Assembly (NCBI GenBank): GCA_965214465.1
Contig: CBDCBX010000020.1
Location: 554,363-618,362, forward strand
DNA from: Acidobacteriota bacterium
GTDB taxonomy: Bacteria; Acidobacteriota; UBA6911; RPQK01; CBDAPI01
Direction: 5' to 3'
DNA length: 64,000 nt
Shown here: positions 1 through 10,327 of the stretch, piece by piece
Numbering within the stretch: the first letter of the stretch is position 1
Layout: each line of letters begins with the position of its first letter
Translations under genes and position numbers: made by a program
The notes under the pieces: model-generated
Databases searched by the model: none
Seen by the model: the letters and a program-made list of their open reading frames with translations, nothing else
What the model was told of the DNA's origin: nothing

Positions 1-1
1 T

Positions 2-196
2 CGGAGGGTCCTGGCGGATTGGCCGGAGGCTGCCAGGCAGTTTGTTCAAGTGATGCCGACCGAGTACAAGCAGGTGCTGGCTAAGGCCCGGGAAGAAAAG
101 GGAGAGGATGGGGACGGTCTTTGGACGCCTCCGGCGATGCTGCCCCATGCATCCGAAAACGACCGTGATCCGTCCCGCCCAGACCGGACGGCCTGA
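2..196 (+). CDS. gltB: glutamate synthase large subunit, C-terminal end (partial, runs off the window start)
   Basis: Frame-2 translation ...FVQVMPTEYKQVLAKAREEKGEDGD... matches the conserved GltB C-terminus (FVKVMPKDYKRVL). TGA stop at 194-196 lies 6 nt before the gltD start. Confidence 0.6.
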   Translation, partial: RRVLADWPEAARQFVQVMPTEYKQVLAKAREEKGEDGDGLWTPPAMLPHASENDRDPSRPDRTA

Positions 197-202
197 CCGG
201 AA

Positions 203-1741
203 ATGGACAAACACCGCGGTTTTAAGAAGTACTCCAGGAAAGCGGTTCCCTACCGCCCTGCACCGGTCCGGATTGATGACTTTGAGGAGATCTTCACGGC
301 TCCCGAGGAAGGGCACCTGCGGCAGCAGGGAGCGCGCTGTATGGACTGTGGCGTCCCCTTTTGTCAGTCAGCCAGCGGTTGCCCGATCGACAACCTGATT
401 CCCGAATGGAACGATCTGGTCTATCGAGGCCGCTGGCGCGATGCCTTGGTCCGGCTCCATCAGACCAACAACTTCCCCGAATTCACAGGACGTACCTGTC
501 CGGCGCCCTGCGAAGGAGCCTGTGTCCTGGGCATCATCCAGCCTCCGGTCACTATCAAGAACATTGAGAACGCAATTATTGACAGAGGTTTCGCCGAGGG
601 TTGGGTGAAACCCCGGAGGCCCCGAACCCGAACCGGAAAGAGAGTGGCCATTGTGGGATCAGGGCCGGCGGGACTGGCCGCGGCCGCTCAGTTGAACCAG
701 GCTGGCCACCTCGTCACGGTCTATGAGCGCTCCGACCGAGTCGGAGGCCTGCTCATGTACGGTATTCCCAATATGAAGCTGGGAAAGCATCTGGTGGAGC
801 GCAGAGTGAATCTTCTGGCAGAAGAAGGGATCCGCTTTGTGACCAATACCTGTATCGGGTCAGAGCGGGACCTGCCGGAAGGCCATGTTGTGAGAATCAT
901 GGAAGAGAACGATGTGCCGGTCAGCTATGTGGATCCCAAGCGGCTGCTTGAAGAGCATGACTCGTTGCTTCTGGCCACCGGGGCGACAACCCCCCGGGGC
1001 TTGCCCATCCCCGGGAAAGATCTGAAGGGAATCCACTTCGCCATGGAATTCCTGACTCGGAACACCAAGAGTCTCCTCGACTCCGGCTTCGAGGATCAGG
1101 CTCACATCTCGGCCAAGGACAGGAAGGTCATCGTCATCGGAGGCGGTGACACCGGCACCGACTGTATTGGCACAGCAGTCCGCCACGGTTGTCAGGGCGT
1201 AGTGAACTTCGAACTCCTGGAGCGTCCTCCCGAAGAGCGCGGTCCGGACAACCCCTGGCCCGAATGGCCCAGGATTCTTCGGGTCGATTATGGACATGAA
1301 GAAGTTGTCGCCAAGTTTGGGACCGATCCCAGGGGCTTCTCGATTCTCTCCAAGGAATTTATTGACGACGGCCAGGGGAATGTGTCGGGCATCAAGACAG
1401 TTCAGATCGACTGGTCGGAGCCGGGAGATAAGGCCCTGTTCAGTGAAGTACCCGGAACCGAGAGAGTGTGGGAGGCTGATCTGGTATTGCTGGCCCTCGG
1501 CTTTCTGGGTCCGGAGCACTCCGTCAGCGAGATGCTGGGCCTTGAGTACGATCAACGTTCCAACTACCAGGCCGAGTATGGAGGGTTCGCGACCAGCGTT
1601 CCCAACGTTTTCGCTGCTGGCGACTGCCGCCGGGGTCAGTCACTGGTGGTCTGGGCCATCAACGAAGGGCGTGCAGCGGCTCATGCCATCGACAAACACC
1701 TGATGGGGAAAAGCCTGCTGCCCAGACCATCGTATTCTTAG
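203..1741 (+). CDS. gltD: glutamate synthase (NADPH) small subunit
   Basis: 512 aa. CMDCGVPFC Fe-S motif and [14 protein letters not shown] dinucleotide-binding motif. Sits directly after the gltB tail. Confidence 0.85.
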   Translation: MDKHRGFKKYSRKAVPYRPAPVRIDDFEEIFTAPEEGHLRQQGARCMDCGVPFCQSASGCPIDNLIPEWNDLVYRGRWRDALVRLHQTNNFPEFTGRTCPAPCEGACVLGIIQPPVTIKNIENAIIDRGFAEGWVKPRRPRTRTGKRVAIVGSGPAGLAAAAQLNQAGHLVTVYERSDRVGGLLMYGIPNMKLGKHLVERRVNLLAEEGIRFVTNTCIGSERDLPEGHVVRIMEENDVPVSYVDPKRLLEEHDSLLLATGATTPRGLPIPGKDLKGIHFAMEFLTRNTKSLLDSGFEDQAHISAKDRKVIVIGGGDTGTDCIGTAVRHGCQGVVNFELLERPPEERGPDNPWPEWPRILRVDYGHEEVVAKFGTDPRGFSILSKEFIDDGQGNVSGIKTVQIDWSEPGDKALFSEVPGTERVWEADLVLLALGFLGPEHSVSEMLGLEYDQRSNYQAEYGGFATSVPNVFAAGDCRRGQSLVVWAINEGRAAAHAIDKHLMGKSLLPRPSYS

Positions 1742-1798
1742 GTGGGTTCTGGGGTTTGGGTTCTGGAATCTGAAATTCTCTTGGGGTAAGGTCAGCCC

Positions 1799-4060
1799 GT
1801 GAGACATCTTCCGTTTGGGCTCATTGTCCTGGCCTGTCTTCTGATGCTGAGCCGCCCGCTCCTGTCTCCGGACCTGGTCCTCCTACCGGCCGATCTGCTC
1901 CAACACGCCCTGCCTTTTGTTGGCGAACCTGATCCAGAAGTCCAGAACCGGCGAGTTTCCGACGTCATCGAGCAGTTCTATCCCTACTATTCTTTTGTCC
2001 GGGGAGAATTCCGAAAGGGCCGACTGCCGCTCTGGAATCCCTATGTGCTCAGCGGTACGCCTTTTCTCGCCACGGCGGTCTCGGCGGTGTTGTCGCCGCT
2101 CAATCTCCTCCTTCTTCCCATCTCCCTGGAATCTTCTTATGAGTGGGGAGCTCTCCTGAAGCTGATCGTGGCGGCTGCAGGGGTGTTCCTGTTTCTACGA
2201 AGGATAGGACTTTCTTCCTGGGCAGCGGCGATCGGGGGAGCGGCGTATTCCTTCTCGGGTTACCAGATCTTCTTCCTGCTCTATCCAAACACTGCAGTTT
2301 CCATGTGCATGGGGTGGGGGCTCTGGGCTGTGGAGGGGCTTCTCCAGGGGCCGAGTCGCAGGGGCGTCGCCGTGGTTGGCGTCATTGTTGGTGTTTCCAT
2401 CCTCGGGGGGCAGCCGGAATGCTCTCTGCTGGCCGTGATGGCCTGGACACTCTACGGGTTGTCTCGGAATTGGAGGAGAATTGGGGCGGTGCTGGGTGGT
2501 TCCTTGCTGGGCGTCATGATGGCGGCCCTGGTCCTGCTGCCTTTTGTTGAGCTGGTTGTGGGCGGAGGAACCCTGGAGCTGAGATCGTTGGAGGGCCGGA
2601 ATCCCTGGCACATCGGGCTCTGGGAACTGCCGGCTCTGCTCTATCCATACTTTCTGGGAAGCCCGTCCAGCGAATCGGGATCACGAGATGTCTTCTATGG
2701 TCTCATTTTTGTGGGTCTCATTCCGCTGCTCCTGGCATTCGGCTCTTTTTTCTCGTGGAGGCACAGGCAGGTAGTTCGGTCTTTGTGGGCGGTTGCCGGC
2801 GCTGCCTTTGTGATTCTCTTTGGCGTCTTTCCCTTCTTTGATCTATTCACTTCTTTACCGCTGCTCGAGAGTGCCAACCATCTTCACAGTATCCTGGTTC
2901 TGCAGGTGAGCCTGGCCGCCCTGGCCGGCATCGGCGCGGACCTCTTTTCCAGTAAAAAAGGTTCTGTGGTGCCCCGCCGCCTGGGACTGGGGGTGGGGGT
3001 GGGGGCTCTGACAGGACTGGTGGGGCTGGCACTGTTCGTGCAGCCTGCCTGGAATCCTGACGCCGTCTCGGGATCCTACACTCTGGGCCCCTGGCGTAGC
3101 TCCTGCCCGCTCTATCCTCTCCTCGTTCTGGGTGCACTTCCGGGTCTCTACGTGCTCAAACGACAAGCGTTTTCCTTCGCCGTTCTGGTCCTGATCCTGG
3201 TCAATGGCGTCCTGTTCGGTGTGAGCTTCAACCCGGTTGTTTCACGAACAGCCCTGGAGAGCACCAACTCGATTGTCGAGCAACTTGGCCCTCATACCCA
3301 CGAGCGAATCGCCGCGACAGGTGTCGCGACACTACTTCCCAACTACGGGATGAGCCTTGGATTGCGGGATGTGCGTGGGTACGAATCGCTGGTGGTGAAG
3401 CGAGTGCCCGGCTTCTACAGGCTGCTGACGGGGCAAGAGGCGGATGCCCATCATTTTATTCCGTCCCTGGACGAACAGGGCGTTCGGCTGTTGCGCACGA
3501 TGGGTGTGAGCCGGGTTCTTTCGCCAGATCGCTTCGAACTGGAGGGGCTGACTCTTCTCCGATCCAAGTTTCCTTACATCTACGGGGTGGAGGGTGGCAC
3601 CAGAGTCGAGTTCTCCAGGGAGGTGACGGTCGTTCGCGACGGTCCCTCGGCTCTCCGCCATGTGCTGGGCCGCCAACGAACCCGCGACACCGTGGTGGAA
3701 GCCCCTTCCCGGGATCACCTCACCCTTCCCGGAGCAGGGGACAGGGGATTCGCGCTGGAGCGGGACCGGGTCGAATGGATCAGCGATTTGCCCGATCTCG
3801 TGGTATTCAAGACGACAACCTCTGCACCTGCACTGCTGATCCTCCGGGACACCTATTACCGAGGATGGAGAGCCGTTGTCGACGGGGCCGAAGTTCCCAT
3901 CCTGCGAACGGATTATCTCTTTCGGGGAGTCGAGGTGCCGGCGGGTGAGCACACCGTTCGTTTCGAGTTTCGTCCTCTTAGCTTCAGGATCGGTCTGGTG
4001 ATCTCAGTGCTGGCGTGGCTGGCCGGGATAGGACTTTTTGTGGTCAAGAGGATAGACTAA
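1799..4060 (+). CDS. YfhO-family polytopic membrane protein (putative glycosyl transferase)
   Basis: 753 aa with many TM segments. N-terminal region (EQFYPYY...LPLWNPYVLSGTPFLA...YSFSGYQIFF) resembles the YfhO family. GTG start. Confidence 0.55.
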   Translation: MRHLPFGLIVLACLLMLSRPLLSPDLVLLPADLLQHALPFVGEPDPEVQNRRVSDVIEQFYPYYSFVRGEFRKGRLPLWNPYVLSGTPFLATAVSAVLSPLNLLLLPISLESSYEWGALLKLIVAAAGVFLFLRRIGLSSWAAAIGGAAYSFSGYQIFFLLYPNTAVSMCMGWGLWAVEGLLQGPSRRGVAVVGVIVGVSILGGQPECSLLAVMAWTLYGLSRNWRRIGAVLGGSLLGVMMAALVLLPFVELVVGGGTLELRSLEGRNPWHIGLWELPALLYPYFLGSPSSESGSRDVFYGLIFVGLIPLLLAFGSFFSWRHRQVVRSLWAVAGAAFVILFGVFPFFDLFTSLPLLESANHLHSILVLQVSLAALAGIGADLFSSKKGSVVPRRLGLGVGVGALTGLVGLALFVQPAWNPDAVSGSYTLGPWRSSCPLYPLLVLGALPGLYVLKRQAFSFAVLVLILVNGVLFGVSFNPVVSRTALESTNSIVEQLGPHTHERIAATGVATLLPNYGMSLGLRDVRGYESLVVKRVPGFYRLLTGQEADAHHFIPSLDEQGVRLLRTMGVSRVLSPDRFELEGLTLLRSKFPYIYGVEGGTRVEFSREVTVVRDGPSALRHVLGRQRTRDTVVEAPSRDHLTLPGAGDRGFALERDRVEWISDLPDLVVFKTTTSAPALLILRDTYYRGWRAVVDGAEVPILRTDYLFRGVEVPAGEHTVRFEFRPLSFRIGLVISVLAWLAGIGLFVVKRID

Positions 4061-4082
4061 TCGCAGGAGGGCTCATTTCGCG

Positions 4083-5683
4083 ATGAAGTCCATGTCCGGG
4101 TTGATCAGTCTGCTGCTCCTGACCACGGCCTTCGGCGTCGTGGTTGGAGTCCAGAGCCTGTCTCTCGATTTTCCTCTGACCGACGGCGCCTATTATTTCG
4201 ATCATGCCCAGTCGTTTGCGGTCTCTGGCCTTCGGCCGGATCGAGAGTGGTCTCCTCTGTTCGTGATCGGCTACGGAATTCAGCATTTAATCTTCCCGTC
4301 TGGAGATCCCCTCCTGCTCTACCTGACTCACAGGCTGCTGGTTCTCTATGTGGTCGTTCTCCTGTTCTGGGCACTCTCCCGAAAACTTTTTCCGGAGCCG
4401 CTGGCGCTGCTCCTGTCGCTCGGTTTTCTCGGCCATGGGACCGTTCTTTTCGATTTCACGGTCGTCCACGTTGCTGGAGTGGGAGTGATTCTGGTTTTAC
4501 TGCTGGGAGCTTTCTCCCCACGGACCCCCGGCGTCGTCCCCATTCTTCTGGGGTTGGCTTTTCTGGGCGTCTGGATCCGCCCGGAGTACCTTTTCGTCGT
4601 GGCGCGCTGGGTGCCCTGGTTCTGAGACAAGCCTTCACAAGCCGCCGCCTGCTGGGTGGAATGCAGGCCGGGGCGACACTGGCAATCTGCTTGCTGATTT
4701 CTCTTGCGGTGTCGGCTCTTTCCTCCACACCACCTGGGTCCAATCGCTCCTTCGATGTTTTTTCTCAGAGCTTCACGGGGTCAGAAATCCAGGCTTCGGG
4801 GGGGTTGCCGAAGAGCGGACACCTGGACTACGCCCTGCGAGTCGGGGAGGTGTTTGGAGAGGCAGACAGCATCCCTGGGGCGGTACTGGCGAACCCCCGG
4901 GCTTTTCTGGGGCACGTGGCCGGCAACGTGCCCCGCCTGCTCAAGGAATCTCCCTGGGTTTTTCTGCCCGCCCCTGACCGAAGCCAGTGGGCTCCGGTCC
5001 TCTTCCTGCTACTCCTTCTGGTCCTCCTGCAGCCCGGAACCTCCGTCCCCACCACGCCACTGTTCTGGGTGATTTCCGGGGCAGGGGTGGTGGCGAGCCT
5101 GACGGTAGGCCTGGTACTCGAACCCGTCTCACCTTATCTGCTGCCCGCTACCCCGCTGGTCATGGTGGCCGGGACGCTCCTGCTGAAGAGAGCCAGAGAA
5201 GTTCTCCCGGACTGGAAACCGTTTTCCCGGGCCGGGAGACGGCTGCGTTTCGCCGTCATCGTTGCAGCCTTCGTGACCTTGACCCTTCTTCTCGTCCCGC
5301 GGGATATTCACCTGGAGAAGCAGGTGGTGAAACTATCCGAGGCCCTGCTGGCCGAAACGCCGAATCTGGGTACGATTCGGATCCAGGGTTTTTCCAGTTT
5401 GTCCTACTGTGCATATCTTCGAGCCAAAGGCCATCCCTGCGATCGGGTTCCGATCGCGTTGTCCCGAAACCGCAGCGAATGGTCAGCTTTCCTTCGTGTG
5501 AAGGAGGTCAACGCGGTGGTGGTCGATGACTATCTGCGACAGTTCTACGAGGACTCGAACTCTGCAGTCTTGCGAGAGTTCGAGACCGCACCGCAAGAGT
5601 TCGGATTCGAGGCGAGGCTGGAGACCGAGGGAGGCCTTCTGGGCAAGGCCACGCTCTACGTTCCCCGCGGATCGGGGGATTGA
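4083..5683 (+). pseudogene. polytopic membrane protein split by an apparent frameshift near 4600-4625
   Basis: ORF 4083..4625 (frame 0, hydrophobic) ends ...LFVVARWVPWF*. ORF 4247..5683 (frame 2) reads ...GALGALVLRQAFTSRRLLGG... across the same bases and continues as a membrane protein. One indel would join them. Confidence 0.45.
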
Positions 5684-5693
5684 CCTGCCTTCC

Positions 5694-6767
5694 TCAGAGC
5701 CCCAGCCCGGGGATGATTCGGCGGGCGTTCCCGCTGTAAAACTTCTCCAGCACCGCCCTGGGGAGTTCCAGGCATTCCACTTTTCGCCCGGCCATTTCCA
5801 CCGTTCCCGAACCCGCGTAGTACTGGAAATCCTTTCGGTACTGAGCTTCAGCACGCTGCACAAAGGCGTCGATTTCCTCCTGAGAACGATCACCCTCGCC
5901 GGGTCCGAACCCCAGGTCGTAGCCGTAGAGAATTCGGTCCTGGTACTTGATGAAGAAATTACGAACCTTCTCCCTGGGCTGGCGGGTCAGGTCCTTGGTG
6001 CGGGCGGCAACTTCCACGTGAAAGTTGGGAAAAAGATCCAGTCTTTTAGCGACCTCGTCTACGTCGTGGGAAAGCGAGCCGATGTGAGCGCCGATCACGG
6101 TCAAATCCGGGTGTTTTTCCAGAATGTGGTCGCGGGCAGCGATGATCTGCTCGTGCGAGGGAACGCCCTTTTTCGTGTAGAAGTGCCACTCGGGGTTGTT
6201 GGAGTAATAGCCGTAGTGAGTGTTGTCCGGATGCAGTGGTCGCCAGGCTTCGAGGGGTTCCGCCAGGTGGGCGATGAGCGGCTTTCCCCGCAGCCTCAGA
6301 TGATCGTAGATGGGGTCGAAAACCGGATCGTCCGGCATCAAAAAAGACCCGTCGGGTTGCTTCACCTCCATCCCGATTTCCTTCCAGATCTTGGTCATGA
6401 CCGCTCCGGCTTCGAAGGATCGATCGAGCCACTTCCTGACCTGATCGTGGTAGTCCTCCTCGTCACGGCGGGTGACGTCAAAGGTCGAAGCAAAGGCAAA
6501 CAGATCGGGGAACTTGCGATGGGCGTCCTCCACCAGTGCCTCCGCCCGGGGGAGCCATTGCGGGATCGTGCCCCGGGTGCAGATGTTGATGATCCGGAGG
6601 TTGATCCGCCTCATCATGTCCACGAATTCGGGAACCGGCTCGAAGATGTGAGAGTGCACATCAATCTTGACGATCTCGTCAATCCGGGGCGGCGCCGGCG
6701 CGGGAGGCGCCGCGGCCGCCATGACCTGAATCGACGCCATCACGAATACGAATCTAAGTTTTCTCAT
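5694..6767 (-). CDS. metal-dependent amidohydrolase-family protein, secreted
   Basis: 357 aa. Signal-like N-terminus MRKLRFVFVMASIQVMAAAAP. HSHIFEP metal-binding motif typical of amidohydrolase-2-type TIM-barrel hydrolases. Confidence 0.65.
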   Translation of the reverse strand: MRKLRFVFVMASIQVMAAAAPPAPAPPRIDEIVKIDVHSHIFEPVPEFVDMMRRINLRIINICTRGTIPQWLPRAEALVEDAHRKFPDLFAFASTFDVTRRDEEDYHDQVRKWLDRSFEAGAVMTKIWKEIGMEVKQPDGSFLMPDDPVFDPIYDHLRLRGKPLIAHLAEPLEAWRPLHPDNTHYGYYSNNPEWHFYTKKGVPSHEQIIAARDHILEKHPDLTVIGAHIGSLSHDVDEVAKRLDLFPNFHVEVAARTKDLTRQPREKVRNFFIKYQDRILYGYDLGFGPGEGDRSQEEIDAFVQRAEAQYRKDFQYYAGSGTVEMAGRKVECLELPRAVLEKFYSGNARRIIPGLGL

Positions 6768-7071
6768 CGGGCTTCACCTCGTCTACGAACCGGGAAGATG
6801 GTTTGCCGCCTGGACCGGGTACATGGTGTCCAGATTCAAGGATAGATTCTCCATTGCCCGGGATCAAAGCGGGCTCCAGAATCCTAGTGCACTGTCCGGA
6901 AAGTTCGCGCCGCTACTTCGGGCGTCTTTTCGCCGACAGCTTTGTTGCGCTACCTCGAAAGACTCCCGGCCTGCCTGCGTCGCGCGCCTCACTGACGACG
7001 AAAATCCATCCCGAATTAACACCGCGAACTTCCCGGACAGTACACTAGAGAACCGCGCGCGAAGCAAGCGG

Positions 7072-9399
7072 CTAGAAAAACTTCACAGTATAGGTAACCC
7101 GTACCCCCCGCCCGATCTCCGCAGCCAGGTCCTTGATGAAGGAGGCATGGTTTCGGTAAAGCCGATCCCCCACATTGAACACGTTCACTCCCAGTTGGTG
7201 AACGAAGTGCTGACGGGCGACGGTATAGGACGCAGCCAGGTTGATGACCGTGTAGCCTGCCGTGCGGGTCTCCGTCGAGAATACATCATTGCGCTGGTTC
7301 GCCATGACTACCTCGGGCTTGAAGCTCAGTCCCTGGTGGCGGAGCTCAAAGCCGACGCGACCTCGCAGGGCCGGAATGCGGGGAAGGGATTCGGAAGTCT
7401 TCTGGAGTTCGGCGTCCACGGCATCGAGCCCCAGATTGAGCCAGAACGACTCATGAAGATTCACGTCCAGTCGCAATTCGCTGCCCACGAAACGGCTGGC
7501 GGCCTGCAGGTGCTCGTCTTCGGTGAGACCCTCTCGGATCTCGCCGGTGGGGGCCAGGAACACAAAGTTCTGGATGTCGTAATAGAAGAAACTGGCGCTG
7601 GCGTGAATTTTTTCCCCGTGGTGGCGGAGCGCCAGATCGATCCCCTGACTGCGCTCTCGTTCGAGTTGTTCGTTTCCAATCTCGAAGGCCAGATTCCCCA
7701 GGTGGCGTCCGAAGTTGTAGAGTTCCTCCAGGGCAGGGGCTCGGTAGGAACTCGTAAAGTTCGCGACAAACGCTCCTTTTTCCCAGAGCGAGAAGCGGGC
7801 TCCGGCACCCGCCGAAAAACCCGTGAAGGTACGATCCGGGGGGAGTGTCGGCTCTCTCTCACCACTGCTCCCCAAGCCCCGGGGCTCGTACCCGGTGTGC
7901 TCCATCCTCCCTCCCAGTTGCAGCTTGACCCTCTCAAACTCGATCTCCTGCAGGGTGAAGAGGGCAAAGGCCTGCTTGTCGACCGGAGGGGACAGGGCTT
8001 CTTCGCCCTGCACATCGTAGTCCCGAAACAGGCCCCAGAAACCAAAGCTTCCGGAAAACGGACCGCGCCGCGCCTGCCTGAAATCTCCTCGGTAGACCCA
8101 TTGCAGGTTGTCAAAGGTGGTACCGATTTCGGTCCTGCCTCCGGCCAGCGTCTCCACTTCGCTGTGCTGCCAGTCCGTATAGCTGAGCGACAGGCGAATG
8201 TTGTCGACGAAGCCGTCAAGCTTACGAAAGCCTCCCATCAGGCGAGTGTTATGGCGCCGGAAATCGAGATCAACGGACTCGAGGGCTTCCTCGCCGATCG
8301 GCTCTGCTCCCCCTGCTGTGCCCAGTCGGAGAGGCTCTGTTCCTCTTCCTTCAGGTTGGCCTCCGGCGGCGATCTCGGCAGCAAAGGGGATGCCATAGCG
8401 GCCCTCATTAAAGCGGTAGCCGAAGTTGAGGAAGGTCTTTTCTCCATACCAGCCGAGACCGGTCGTGCCGTTGCTGATTCGGGTGCCGGAGTTCTCCACG
8501 ACTCCGATCGGGGTATGGTAGTCGCCCGTCCTCTGGCCGCCACCACCGCCCCAGAAAAGCCACGGTCCGGTCCCGTATTCAGCCCGGGCACTGGCTCCGC
8601 CCTGGGCGTTGGCGGAACCGGCCACCCCGGTGAACTGTCCTCGCAGGCCCTGGTGGGACTGCTGATGGTCACCCACATGTCCGGTGATGGCATTGACCAC
8701 TCCTCCCACGGCGTTGCTTCCATAGAGAAGTGTGGCCGGACCTTTGAGCACCTCGATTCGTTCCAGATTGGCTGCGTCAATCGGCTCCCCGTGGTCGCCC
8801 GACTGGGAGGCCAGTGAGCCGACTCGAACCCCGTCCTCCATGACCAGAACCCGATCGCCGTCAAAACCGCGCAGGATGGGCCGGGCGCTGCCCGGTCCGA
8901 AGCTGCGCTTGGCCACCCCTGGCTGCCCGTCCAGCAGCTCGCCGATGGATGAGGACATCTTCTGAGCCAGATCGAAGGAATCGAGCGAAGTGACCGACTG
9001 GATCGACTCGAAGGCGGTTTCCTGGGTACCTTTGGCCGTGACCGTCACCTCTTCCTTGATGGTGGAGAGCTTGAGCTTGAGATCGATCCTGGTGATCTCA
9101 CCGGGTCGGACCCGGACCAACGCGGTGAGGGAGTTCAAGGAGCCGCCGTACGCCACCAGATCGTAGACGCCCGGGGGAACACCCGCGAAGGTGTAGGTGC
9201 CGTCCGGAGCCGTCTCGGCCATCTGATTCAACTGTACGAGCAGCACCTCGGCGTTGTGCATGGGAGTCCCGGTCTGCTCGAGCAGGACCTTGCCGGTGAT
9301 CGTGCCAGCCGTCTGGGCGGGCAGCAGGGCGACCGCTGAAATCAGAATCAAACCAGGAACGGAAAGGGGTCCGCCTCCCGGTCTCCTTTTGAGACACAT
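7072..9399 (-). CDS. TonB-dependent outer-membrane receptor with N-terminal carboxypeptidase-regulatory-like domain
   Basis: 775 aa. Signal peptide, plug-domain motif NAVGGVVNAITG, beta-barrel and C-terminal aromatic ...TVKFF. Confidence 0.85.
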   Translation of the reverse strand: MCLKRRPGGGPLSVPGLILISAVALLPAQTAGTITGKVLLEQTGTPMHNAEVLLVQLNQMAETAPDGTYTFAGVPPGVYDLVAYGGSLNSLTALVRVRPGEITRIDLKLKLSTIKEEVTVTAKGTQETAFESIQSVTSLDSFDLAQKMSSSIGELLDGQPGVAKRSFGPGSARPILRGFDGDRVLVMEDGVRVGSLASQSGDHGEPIDAANLERIEVLKGPATLLYGSNAVGGVVNAITGHVGDHQQSHQGLRGQFTGVAGSANAQGGASARAEYGTGPWLFWGGGGGQRTGDYHTPIGVVENSGTRISNGTTGLGWYGEKTFLNFGYRFNEGRYGIPFAAEIAAGGQPEGRGTEPLRLGTAGGAEPIGEEALESVDLDFRRHNTRLMGGFRKLDGFVDNIRLSLSYTDWQHSEVETLAGGRTEIGTTFDNLQWVYRGDFRQARRGPFSGSFGFWGLFRDYDVQGEEALSPPVDKQAFALFTLQEIEFERVKLQLGGRMEHTGYEPRGLGSSGEREPTLPPDRTFTGFSAGAGARFSLWEKGAFVANFTSSYRAPALEELYNFGRHLGNLAFEIGNEQLERERSQGIDLALRHHGEKIHASASFFYYDIQNFVFLAPTGEIREGLTEDEHLQAASRFVGSELRLDVNLHESFWLNLGLDAVDAELQKTSESLPRIPALRGRVGFELRHQGLSFKPEVVMANQRNDVFSTETRTAGYTVINLAASYTVARQHFVHQLGVNVFNVGDRLYRNHASFIKDLAAEIGRGVRVTYTVKFF

Positions 9400-9473
9400 T
9401 CTTGAAGACTCCTCCAGTTTGCGACACTTGAGGCGTTGTTTCCTGAGAGGTTTAGAAAAAGGGAAACAGGGGA

Positions 9474-9806
9474 CTAGCTCAGGTGGGCCGGAGGAGCCCG
9501 AAGAGAGGGCGTGAGGAGTTGCAAGAAGGGAGCAATCGGGGTGGATTCGGCGGGCCGGTCGGCCTGAAAGGAGAGAGAAACGAGAGAAGGAGCGGTCAGT
9601 TCAGGTGCAAGCTTGACCAGGTGCAGACAGAGATGGTCTCCCTGTACATGACTCTCGTGGAAGGTCTGATTCTGGTGGGAATGATGATCCTGCTTGCACT
9701 GCTCCTCGATGGGGTGCAGGACTTCCACCACCTGGCCCACGCTGAAGACCAGCAACAGCAGCACCAGTAACCCGGAACATGCCACTCTTACCAAGGGAAG
9801 GAACAC
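9474..9806 (-). CDS. small secreted His/Cys-rich protein (hypothetical), co-oriented 74 bp upstream of the TonB receptor
   Basis: 110 aa. Signal-like MFLPLVRVACSGLLVLLLLVFS followed by HPIEEQCKQDHHSHQNQTFHESHVQGDHLCLH (8 His and 2 Cys in 32 aa). Composition is plausible. The overlapping + strand ORF 9483..9770 looks less protein-like. Confidence 0.3.
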   Translation of the reverse strand: MFLPLVRVACSGLLVLLLLVFSVGQVVEVLHPIEEQCKQDHHSHQNQTFHESHVQGDHLCLHLVKLAPELTAPSLVSLSFQADRPAESTPIAPFLQLLTPSLRAPPAHLS

Positions 9807-10150
9807 GCAACCAGTCTAACACGGGAGGATTCGAATTCCGGAAGAGTGGGCGGTGCCTCAGTGCGGCGATCCCCGGCCCCAACCCGGCATCTTCGCAAGC
9901 GACTGCGCAGAGGCGTTCAGTCACCGGAATCACCTCGCCGGAGACGGTTTTTGCGAAAGTGTACATTTGTTGTTGCCTTATGTAATCCGGTGTGGGATGA
10001 TCCCCTTCGTACCCGAAAGAGGCTGTTAGTTTACGTCGCTCAGGAGGTTGGCGTGCGTTCGAGAGGCTGGGTGACGAGTCCTTCCATCAACTGCTGATCC
10101 TTGCATAAATCCAGAATTTAGAATCTGCAATCCAGGATTGCAAATAGAGT

Positions 10151-10214
10151 TCCCCACCCCCGCCCCGCAAGGGGCGAACACTAAAGCCGGGGCTTCCCCG
10201 CCCCGGCTTTTTTT
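10151..10214 (+). terminator. two-hairpin intrinsic-terminator-like repeat unit, copy 1
   Basis: CCCCGCCCC-GCAA-GGGGCG hairpin with GNRA loop, then GCCGGGGC-TTCC-GCCCCGGC hairpin (10186-10207) followed by a 7-T run. Nearly identical unit at 11411-11477. Confidence 0.5.
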
Positions 10215-10327
10215 GCCCGGTTCCCCACTCAATCGGCCCGCAAGGCCGCAAGGAACGTCCACCAGGCAATTAAGCCGCAGAGGCAGGAGCTTTAAGCGAC
10301 TGCGTCCGGCCGCAGGCCGCGTTCGGA

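Noticed and set aside
5526-6845. 439-aa + strand ORF
   Set aside because: Antisense to the amidohydrolase gene. Shadow ORF.
6823-8817. 664-aa + strand ORF
   Set aside because: Entirely antisense to the well-supported TonB-dependent receptor. Low-complexity Arg/Ala/Gly-rich translation typical of a high-GC shadow ORF.
9483-9770. 95-aa + strand ORF overlapping the small His-rich gene
   Set aside because: No signal or composition support. It is the antisense partner of the more plausible minus-strand ORF.
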